Of a DNA stretch of 64,000 nucleotides, positions 41,126 to 48,777 are shown piece after piece. The stretch lies in the NCBI RefSeq assembly GCF_000009045.1, contig NC_000964.3, positions 868,001 through 932,000 of the forward strand. The letters run 5' to 3'. A program made the position numbers and the translations under genes. The notes beneath the pieces are model-generated. The model did no database searches, had not been told where the DNA came from, and worked only from the letters and a program-made list of their open reading frames with translations. This DNA is from Bacillus subtilis subsp. subtilis str. 168. Lineage in GTDB: Bacteria; Bacillota; Bacilli; Bacillales; Bacillaceae. How positions within the stretch are numbered: position 1 is the stretch's first letter; each line of letters starts with the position of its first letter.

Positions 41126-41157
41126 AAAACATCTGCCGTTTAGGCAGATGTTTTTTT
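41124..41157. terminator. Bidirectional terminator lnrN/padR
   Basis: AAAAAACATCTGCC/GGCAGATGTTTTTT perfect stem. Confidence 0.9.
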
Positions 41158-41197
41158 GCATGTGGGTACATTCGTATGGGTGCAGCCTGAACTGCGG

Positions 41198-41746
41198 TTA
41201 ATCCTTATCTATCATAGCTAAAATTGATTCCAGCCAAGAAACGTAATTTTTCTCCCGCTCCAGCGCTTTCGTTAGCACAAGATAGTGGCCGAAGTCCGGT
41301 GAAGAAAATGACATCGGCTCTGCTGAAGCCATAAGCTTTTCATAGCTTCCCTGTAAGTCAGAAAGCTTGGCCTGGCGTTTTTGCAGCTGGTCTTTGAACA
41401 AATCAGAAGCCTCCTGGCGCGATAGACAAGAAATGAAATAAGCCTTCAGCATAAATTCATCCTTCACCGTCTCGGGTATCGGCTGGTGGCGGATCAGCCA
41501 GTCATGCAGCTCCTGCTTTCCGCTGTCTGTCAGGGTGTACATCTTTTTCTCCAGCTTTGTGCCCTGAATCGTTGTCCGGAACGTGATAAATCCTTCATCC
41601 GTCAGCTTTTTGAGCTCAGGGTAAATCTGGCTGTGCTTGGCGCTCCAAAACTGGCCGAGCTCCTCTTTAAAATAACTCGTAATATCGTATCCACTCAATT
41701 CGCCTTTTCGCAAAAGCCCTAATATGGCGTATTTTAATACTCTCAT
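41198..41746 (-). CDS. padR: PadR phenolic-acid stress repressor
   Basis: SGYDI, SQIYPELKKL, KMYTLTDSG wHTH plus C-terminal domain. Confidence 0.93.
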   Translation of the reverse strand: MRVLKYAILGLLRKGELSGYDITSYFKEELGQFWSAKHSQIYPELKKLTDEGFITFRTTIQGTKLEKKMYTLTDSGKQELHDWLIRHQPIPETVKDEFMLKAYFISCLSRQEASDLFKDQLQKRQAKLSDLQGSYEKLMASAEPMSFSSPDFGHYLVLTKALEREKNYVSWLESILAMIDKD

Positions 41747-42018
41747 GCTATCCTCCGTGTCTGGCTGTTTCGCAAAACAGATGAGCCGGTGCTCAACTGT
41801 GATTCTAACTGCCTATTCCCCTTATTATAGAAAAGGGAGGAAGGGAACACAACCGGGCTCTTTGGAAATGAAGATAAAAGGTTTGTCAGAAGGTATCCGA
41901 TTTATCTCCGTCAATATAAAAGAGATTTAAATTTAATTTTCAGAAAAAATAGTAACGATATTGATTTTTTATATATAATAGGAAATTGGTGGTATGAAAA
42001 TTTTTTGGGGGAATAAAC

Positions 42019-42651
42019 GTGAAAAAAGTACTTATGGCATTCATTATTTGTTTATCGCTGATTCTATCTGTTTTAGCCGCTCCGCCGTCTGGCGCAAAAG
42101 CTGAGTCAGTACATAATCCTGTCGTTCTTGTTCATGGAATAAGTGGTGCATCATACAACTTTTTCGCTATTAAAAACTACTTAATTTCTCAAGGCTGGCA
42201 AAGCAACAAACTGTACGCAATTGATTTTTATGATAAAACAGGAAACAACCTAAATAACGGCCCGCAGCTTGCTTCATATGTTGACCGTGTTTTAAAAGAG
42301 ACTGGGGCAAAAAAAGTAGATATTGTGGCTCATAGTATGGGAGGCGCCAATACGCTGTACTATATTAAATATTTAGGCGGGGGCAATAAGATTCAAAATG
42401 TCGTAACGCTTGGAGGGGCTAATGGTTTAGTGTCATCAACCGCGCTGCCGGGCACAGACCCTAATCAAAAGATCCTCTATACATCTATTTACAGTCTCAA
42501 TGATCAAATTGTCATCAATAGCTTGTCTCGGTTACAAGGAGCGCGAAACATCCAGCTTTATGGCATCGGTCATATTGGCTTGCTTTCTAATAGCCAAGTG
42601 AACGGCTATATCAAAGAAGGGCTGAATGGCGGAGGCCTCAATACAAATTAA
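42019..42651 (+). CDS. lipB: Secreted esterase/lipase B
   Basis: Signal peptide, [14 protein letters not shown] nucleophile motif; also called estB. Confidence 0.95.
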   Translation: MKKVLMAFIICLSLILSVLAAPPSGAKAESVHNPVVLVHGISGASYNFFAIKNYLISQGWQSNKLYAIDFYDKTGNNLNNGPQLASYVDRVLKETGAKKVDIVAHSMGGANTLYYIKYLGGGNKIQNVVTLGGANGLVSSTALPGTDPNQKILYTSIYSLNDQIVINSLSRLQGARNIQLYGIGHIGLLSNSQVNGYIKEGLNGGGLNTN

Positions 42652-42839
42652 TATCTTCAAAAAACAACCTGCTGTCTCCGTTACAGTGGGTTTTTTCGTC
42701 TGAGAAAGCCATAGGGTCTTATGACCTTAGTCTATCATGCATACGTCAATTTATGACATCAGGCACTTTTTCAAATAGAGCGGACATGTTAAGGTACAAC
42801 CATCGATTTCTATCAATTTGAAATAAAAGGAGCGCTGTT

Positions 42840-43928
42840 ATGCAAATTAAAGAAATTTTTATGATCCGCTGCATTTCGTGCTTAAGTGTCGTCTTGCTCC
42901 ATATCATTTCAATGGTCCTGATGCTTCAGGCAGAAGCTCTTGCAGATATTTCTCACACTGTTGATTCTTTCCGCACACTCCTGATGTTCAGCACGCCCGC
43001 TTTTATTTTCATCTCTGAATTTTTACTGGCCCGTTCTTATCCTGATGGGGTGCCTGACGGTTTTTTAAAGAAGCGGGGAAAAGTGATTTTTGTTCCTTTT
43101 TTATTTATCGCAGCCATCGATGCGCTGCTGATGACCAGTGCGATGGGGGGAGAGGTAACCTTTCTCGCGTTTGTGCAAAAATATCTGGCGAACGTATTCT
43201 TAGGAAACTTTATCGGATACTTCATTCTCGTCATCTTTCAATTTTACATGCTGCATATGATGTTTCATGAGTATTTGAAAAAAGCATCGCCGAAATGGGT
43301 GCTGTCTATCTCATTTGTGGTGACAGCCGCTTATTTAGGCTATTTCTCCGCAGCCAGCCCGGCTCCTGCTTCTGAAGAGGGAGGGGCATTTCCGTTCTTC
43401 TGGGTTCCGTTCGCAGGCTGGCTTTTCTACTTTTGTCTAGCCTACTATTGCGGAAAAGAATACAAGCGTTTTTTAGCGCTGCTGAACCAATACCGCTGGG
43501 TGGTGTACGGCGCCGCAATTGCTTCTGGGGCGCTGGTTGTCACTGTTTCTTATGTCGGTGAAATCGGCATGATCAGCTCGAAGCGGCCTGATATCATGCT
43601 GTATTCAACAAGCATGATTTTCCTGTGTTTTCATTTGTTTTCCAAAATGAAGCATGTGCCGAAAATCATGATGTTTATCAGCAACTATTCCTTTTCGATT
43701 TATCTGCTTCATGCCTATTTTATGATTATAGGCTACGTGTTGCTTTTGAATATGCCCGAAATTCCTGCCGTACCGGCTGTTCTCCTGTTGTTTGCCGTGT
43801 GCACAGCCGGCCCGATTATGACCTCATGGGCGCTGAATAAGTTCAAATACGGGTATTTATTTGTGGGGAAAATTTATCAGCCAAAACAGAAGAAGGTAAC
43901 AGTCGAAGTGCGTGATCACGCAGGGTGA
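42840..43928 (+). CDS. yfiQ: Acyltransferase-3 (IcaC-like) membrane O-acyltransferase
   Basis: IRCISCLSVVLLH, TPAFIFIS, GYFILVIFQFY, YSFSIYLLH. Confidence 0.88.
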   Translation: MQIKEIFMIRCISCLSVVLLHIISMVLMLQAEALADISHTVDSFRTLLMFSTPAFIFISEFLLARSYPDGVPDGFLKKRGKVIFVPFLFIAAIDALLMTSAMGGEVTFLAFVQKYLANVFLGNFIGYFILVIFQFYMLHMMFHEYLKKASPKWVLSISFVVTAAYLGYFSAASPAPASEEGGAFPFFWVPFAGWLFYFCLAYYCGKEYKRFLALLNQYRWVVYGAAIASGALVVTVSYVGEIGMISSKRPDIMLYSTSMIFLCFHLFSKMKHVPKIMMFISNYSFSIYLLHAYFMIIGYVLLLNMPEIPAVPAVLLLFAVCTAGPIMTSWALNKFKYGYLFVGKIYQPKQKKVTVEVRDHAG

Positions 43929-43935
43929 AAAACAA

Positions 43936-43957
43936 GCGGCAGGAGGGCTCCTGCCGC
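43936..43957. terminator. Bidirectional terminator yfiQ/yfiR
   Basis: GCGGCAGGAG/CTCCTGCCGC perfect stem. Confidence 0.8.
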
Positions 43958-43963
43958 GTTTCT

Positions 43964-44581
43964 TTACTTCTCATCCGCTTGCAGAACTGTTTTTAAATAT
44001 AGTTTTGCAGACTCAGCAAGTCCAGATACATCAGCCTTTTCTTCATCGAAATACAGGGCGTTTTGAATGATGCCGTCATTCATATTGAGGAAAAACTTGG
44101 CGATAGTCGCAAGAGGCTGAACCGGCTGAAACTCTCCCTGATCGATCCCTTTTTGCAATAGCCTTGAAAACCTTTCCACAAAAAGATCATACCTTTTCTC
44201 CAAATACTGCCGCCGTTCTTCATTGCGCCAAGCTGTCACTAAATATTCAAATTGCACCGGCGCCAGCGTATCTGCTACATCTCGCAGGCCCTCAGTCAGT
44301 TCATCCAAATAGCTGGAAATGGAGGCCCAAACACTTTGGTGTTCAGCTGATTTATCAAGCTTTCGGAGTCCTTCATCCAGCCCTGTTTCAATAATGCGGC
44401 GAAACATCTCCTCAGTGCTTGAAAAATAAAGATAGACACCGCCCCGGCTGAAACCTGACTCTTCTACAACATCCTTCATCGTCGTTAATTCGAATCCTTT
44501 TCGTTTAAAAACCGTTTTGGCAGCCTCTAAAATCTCTGCCTGCCGTTTATCCTTGTGCTCCTTTGTTACTTTTGGTGACAA
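43964..44581 (-). CDS. yfiR: TetR-family regulator
   Basis: ILEAAKTVFKRKGFELTTMKDVVEESGFSRGGVYLYF; TTG at 44581. Confidence 0.92.
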   Translation of the reverse strand: MSPKVTKEHKDKRQAEILEAAKTVFKRKGFELTTMKDVVEESGFSRGGVYLYFSSTEEMFRRIIETGLDEGLRKLDKSAEHQSVWASISSYLDELTEGLRDVADTLAPVQFEYLVTAWRNEERRQYLEKRYDLFVERFSRLLQKGIDQGEFQPVQPLATIAKFFLNMNDGIIQNALYFDEEKADVSGLAESAKLYLKTVLQADEK

Positions 44582-45800
44582 GATATCGCCTGCTTTCTGC
44601 AATTTTCTTACCTATAAGTGTAATCAACCCAATCATGATCAGCAAGCAGCCACAGACAAGAAAAGCAAGTGATACACCGATCCATTCCGCCAGCACGCCC
44701 CCGCCCGCCATGCCGAGGATAGAGGCGAGGGTTGTCGCACTCTGAATAGCGCCGAACACCCTACCGCTGTAATCGACAGGCACTGTTGTTTGCACGAGAA
44801 TCTGAAATGGAATATGGACGAGGCCGAAAGCCGCCCCCATGATGAAAAAAGCAAATATAAAGAGAGTGATGCCGGCAATTCCCATACCGCTTAGGAATGG
44901 CGCACCTCCAGTTGCTAGTCCAAGAAGAAGGGTTCCAGCTGAGAAATAAAGCAAATAAGAAGTGATTCGCCGTCTGCCGGTAATGGCCGCTGTAAGGAGC
45001 ATCCCGGCTCCGCTTACGGCCATGCACCAGCCTGCCAGCTCGGGCGGAGCTCCTGAAAAGGAGCGGATAAGAATAATCGCTTGGGAATCACCAATCTGCA
45101 AAACAAAGAGAACGACACAAGCTGTTAGTAAGCCTGTTAATAGAAGCGGCATCCGTTTCAAAAACTGAAGGCCTTCCTTGATAGAAGTAAGTGCTGCTGT
45201 TTTTTCTTGAGGTGTATTGGCTTTTTGTAAAAAAGCATCTCTGGGAAGGAAAAACAAAATGACAGCGGAAAGAAAGAAGGCGCCGGCGTTTATATAAAAA
45301 ACAGAGTGTATCGAGAAAGCAGCGATCAGCGTGCCGCCAAGGGCAGGGCCGAAGATTTTTGAGCTGTTATCAATGATGCTGCTGACGGAAACGGCCTGCT
45401 GAATGTGTGCTTCCGGAGCCAATTCCTTAAGCTTTCCGTTTTTAGCAGGTAAAAAAAGTGAAGAAAAACAGCTCTGAACGGATAGCAATACGTAAAGCTG
45501 CCAAAGCTCACTGACATAAACGCAGCTGATAACAGTGAGGGCACGGCCGATTTCAGATAGAAACATGATCGTTTTTCTGTCAAAACGGTCGGCAAGCAGA
45601 CCCGATACAGGTCCGAGTACAATGACAGGCAAAGCAAACGACATCATTAAAAGCGACATATCTAATGGAGAAGCATGAAGCTGAAAAGCGGCTAATGTTA
45701 GCACGGCCAAAATGTGAAGCCAGTCTCCAAGTGAAGAAATGGTTTGCGAGGCTAACAGTGTCATCAGTCCTTTTTGATTGCGAAACAACGGTTTTTCCAT
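44547..45800 (-). CDS. yfiS: MFS efflux transporter
   Basis: 12-TM pattern, GLLADRFDRK motif A, GRVFG. Confidence 0.9.
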   Translation of the reverse strand: MEKPLFRNQKGLMTLLASQTISSLGDWLHILAVLTLAAFQLHASPLDMSLLMMSFALPVIVLGPVSGLLADRFDRKTIMFLSEIGRALTVISCVYVSELWQLYVLLSVQSCFSSLFLPAKNGKLKELAPEAHIQQAVSVSSIIDNSSKIFGPALGGTLIAAFSIHSVFYINAGAFFLSAVILFFLPRDAFLQKANTPQEKTAALTSIKEGLQFLKRMPLLLTGLLTACVVLFVLQIGDSQAIILIRSFSGAPPELAGWCMAVSGAGMLLTAAITGRRRITSYLLYFSAGTLLLGLATGGAPFLSGMGIAGITLFIFAFFIMGAAFGLVHIPFQILVQTTVPVDYSGRVFGAIQSATTLASILGMAGGGVLAEWIGVSLAFLVCGCLLIMIGLITLIGKKIAESRRYLVTKSNKGAQG

Positions 45801-45817
45801 GATTCATCCTCCTGATT

Positions 45818-45846
45818 ATTAAAATGACACTAGTGTCGTTTTTAAT
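45818..45846. promoter_or_regulatory. Candidate YfiR (TetR) operator in the yfiS/bstA divergent region
   Basis: Perfect palindrome GACACTAGTGTC (45826-37) extended by ATTAAAA/TTTTAAT. Confidence 0.6.
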
Positions 45847-45923
45847 TGTATGGGAAAAAGACACAATATACAATCTTTTTCTTGTAAAATAAAGGAGAAG
45901 ATTGAATAGAAGGGAGAACATTC

Positions 45924-46460
45924 ATGACATCAGTCAATCTAAGCTACCCAATAGGAGAATACAAGCCGAGGGAATCCATATCGAAGGAGCAAAAAGATAA
46001 ATGGATTCAAGTACTTGAAGAAGTGCCGGCAAAATTGAAGCAAGCTGTAGAGGTCATGACGGACAGCCAGCTTGACACACCGTACCGGGACGGTGGATGG
46101 ACCGTTCGGCAAGTTGTTCATCATCTGGCTGACAGTCATATGAACAGCTATATTCGTTTTAAATTGAGCTTGACGGAAGAGACACCGGCTATCCGTCCGT
46201 ATGATGAAAAAGCATGGTCGGAGCTAAAAGACTCGAAAACGGCAGATCCGAGCGGCTCACTCGCGCTTTTGCAGGAGCTTCACGGAAGATGGACGGCTCT
46301 GCTCCGCACCCTGACGGATCAGCAATTTAAGCGCGGATTTTATCACCCTGATACAAAGGAGATCATTACCCTGGAGAACGCGCTCGGCCTGTATGTCTGG
46401 CACTCACATCACCATATCGCTCATATTACGGAGCTTTCCAGACGGATGGGGTGGTCTTAA
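45924..46460 (+). CDS. bstA: Bacillithiol S-transferase (DinB/YfiT family)
   Basis: YRDGGWTVRQVVHHLADSH, WHSHHHIAH metal His triad; formerly yfiT. Confidence 0.93.
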   Translation: MTSVNLSYPIGEYKPRESISKEQKDKWIQVLEEVPAKLKQAVEVMTDSQLDTPYRDGGWTVRQVVHHLADSHMNSYIRFKLSLTEETPAIRPYDEKAWSELKDSKTADPSGSLALLQELHGRWTALLRTLTDQQFKRGFYHPDTKEIITLENALGLYVWHSHHHIAHITELSRRMGWS

Positions 46461-48013
46461 CGCTTTTGCCGGCGGAAAGCCGGAATACTGATAGCAGCAA
46501 TCACCAGAAGTGAGACCACAGCAGCCGCTGCATATAAATGATCATAGCCGCTGGCGACACTCGCATGAATGGCGTCGCTTATCGCGGTTTTGACTTCAGG
46601 AACGGGAATGCGTTCGATTTGTTCTTGTAAAGAAGAAACTTCAGAACTGTCGATCTCCGGAATCATCTGCATCGCCTTTTCTGAATATCCGCTGTCCGAT
46701 AAGCGGCTGTTGATCTCATCACCTATTTGGTCAAACCCGGCTGTGATAAAACCTGCATAAAGAGTAGGCGCCAAGGTCAGTCCAATTTGCCTTACTAATG
46801 AAAGCGTGCCAAGAGCTGTACCCTTATTTGTTTTTGCCGCTTCTGATACAAGGACGTTCAGCGGAGCGCCTAACAGAAAGCCAAAACCGATCCCAGCTGC
46901 CACACTTGCGATCACAAACTCCCATTTTTCCGTGACCCAGAGCGGAAATAAAGCAAACCCCGCACATGAGATGATTCCCGAAAGAATAACGGTTTTTACA
47001 GGACCTTTTTTGTCGGTAAGTGCTCCGCCAAGCCAAGCGCCGATTCCGGAAGCCAACGCAAGCGGTGTCATCCAATAGCCTGCTTTTGCGGCAGGGACAC
47101 CCAAATACTGTTCGACATATGACGGGATAAAAATGACTGCCGCCAAGAGCCCCCCGGATAACAAACCGATGATAAGCGTGCGCTGAAACATATGGTTTCG
47201 CAGCAGAGAATACGCCAAAATGGGATCGCCTCCTCGCATTTCAACTCTCTTTTCATACGAGATAAGCGCTGCAAAACAGAGTATGCCAAAAATAATACAT
47301 CCATAAACCTCCGGATTCCCCAAGCTGTGTAAGAGATTTGCCCCGTCAAGATTGGTCATGCCGTACATCACAGCTAAAATCGACAGGGACAAAAGGAAGA
47401 TTCCGGCCGCATCGAGGCGCTTAGCCTCAGGTGCTTTTGTTTCCGCGATAAAACATGCGCCGAAAACAACCAATAGCACGGCAATCGGCAAATTAATCAA
47501 AAATAGCCAATGCCAAGACCCGGTCCAATCAAGCAGAAAGCTTCCGATATTTGGCCCGAGCACAGCGGCCATCCCGTTCATTGCGCCAAGCAGCCCAAGC
47601 GCCTTCCCCTGTTTTTCCTTTGGAAGGGTCGCGAGAATGTGAGAGCTGCCGATGATGAAAATCCCGCCGCCTCCAAGCGCCTGAATCAGCCGCGATATCA
47701 GAAAGAGCGGGAAGCTTTGGCTCAAAGCAACAAGCAAAGAACCAAGTCCGAACAGGCAAACCTCAATGAGAAAGAGTTTTTTTCTGCCGTAGCGGTCGGA
47801 AAGTTTTCCGACGATTGGCACACTGACGCTAAGACCGAGCGTATAAAGGGTAATGCCCCATGATCCCCAGGAAGGGGAAACGGAAAACGACTCGTTTATC
47901 GTTGTTAAAGCAGCCGAAATAATTCCGTTATCTAAAGCAGCCATAAACACGCCAATCGTAAACAGGCTGATTGCCCACTTTTGGCTTTTCTGCTCTGTTA
48001 ATGCTTCAGACAT
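46457..48013 (-). CDS. yfiU: MFS DHA2-type multidrug efflux transporter
   Basis: 14-TM pattern, GKLSDRYGRK, WHWLFLINLPI. Confidence 0.9.
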   Translation of the reverse strand: MSEALTEQKSQKWAISLFTIGVFMAALDNGIISAALTTINESFSVSPSWGSWGITLYTLGLSVSVPIVGKLSDRYGRKKLFLIEVCLFGLGSLLVALSQSFPLFLISRLIQALGGGGIFIIGSSHILATLPKEKQGKALGLLGAMNGMAAVLGPNIGSFLLDWTGSWHWLFLINLPIAVLLVVFGACFIAETKAPEAKRLDAAGIFLLSLSILAVMYGMTNLDGANLLHSLGNPEVYGCIIFGILCFAALISYEKRVEMRGGDPILAYSLLRNHMFQRTLIIGLLSGGLLAAVIFIPSYVEQYLGVPAAKAGYWMTPLALASGIGAWLGGALTDKKGPVKTVILSGIISCAGFALFPLWVTEKWEFVIASVAAGIGFGFLLGAPLNVLVSEAAKTNKGTALGTLSLVRQIGLTLAPTLYAGFITAGFDQIGDEINSRLSDSGYSEKAMQMIPEIDSSEVSSLQEQIERIPVPEVKTAISDAIHASVASGYDHLYAAAAVVSLLVIAAISIPAFRRQKR

Positions 48014-48027
48014 TTTCGTCAACTCCT

Positions 48028-48076
48028 TTTAGTTCACTTGAAATATATTATTCATTTTAAATGAACTAAATGTCAA
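48028..48076 (-). promoter_or_regulatory. yfiU promoter with a candidate MarR (YfiV) operator
   Basis: Minus-strand TTGACA (48076-71)-N18-AATAAT; palindrome TTCATT-TTA-AATGAA (48051-65); TTTAGTTCA/TGAACTAAA inverted repeat. Confidence 0.5.
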
Positions 48077-48123
48077 ATAAAAAAAGCCTGCTCCCGCAGT
48101 TTGCGGATGACAGACTTACTGAT

Positions 48124-48606
48124 TTATTCTTTTTTCGCATTCTCTAATGCTCTTGAAAGGATAGACAGCCCTTCGTAAACAGCCTGCTTTTCTTCAGGGG
48201 ACAGCAGCTCTAATGAACGCTTCAATTTCAGGTGGCCCTTTTCATACAAACCCCGGAAAATCTTTTTCGCATTCTCTGTCAACTGAACAACTACAGAGCG
48301 GCGGTCCTCTTCAGAATGTGAGCGTTTGACAAATCCTGATTTTTCAAGCCGGTCAAGCAGCCCAGTTGTATTGGACAGGGAAGCCCCCATTTTTTCAGCA
48401 ATGTCGCTCACTTTCAATGTTCCATGGTTGTTTAATAGCATCAGCACCTTCATTTGCGGCATGCTCATATCCAGTTTCATCCACTCGGACACATCACCGA
48501 GCCCGGCGGACGTTAAGACTTTCATATAGAGCACCCATATTTCCCGTTCCTCCGATGAAAGAATGTTTTCGTTTAAGACTGTTGTATCGTGTAAATTATA
48601 TTCCAT
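48124..48606 (-). CDS. yfiV: MarR-family regulator
   Basis: TTGLLDRLEKSGFVKRSHSEEDRRSVVVQLT. Confidence 0.92.
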   Translation of the reverse strand: MEYNLHDTTVLNENILSSEEREIWVLYMKVLTSAGLGDVSEWMKLDMSMPQMKVLMLLNNHGTLKVSDIAEKMGASLSNTTGLLDRLEKSGFVKRSHSEEDRRSVVVQLTENAKKIFRGLYEKGHLKLKRSLELLSPEEKQAVYEGLSILSRALENAKKE

Positions 48607-48777
48607 TTCATCACTTCCTCATCATTCACTCCTCTTACCATATTACTCGATTTTCACTCCTGAAAGAAAGTGAGCAGAAACCGCATGCGGGACTTTGTCC
48701 GAAAAATAACGGTAGTGTATAATGAGTTGGAGATTATTGGGGGAGAGGATCGAACTAGAATATGATTGGAGAGACCA

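Noticed and set aside
44547-44581. yfiS/yfiR 35-bp overlap as a possible frameshift or fusion
   Set aside because: Both ORFs are intact full-length family members and yfiR has its own RBS and TTG start
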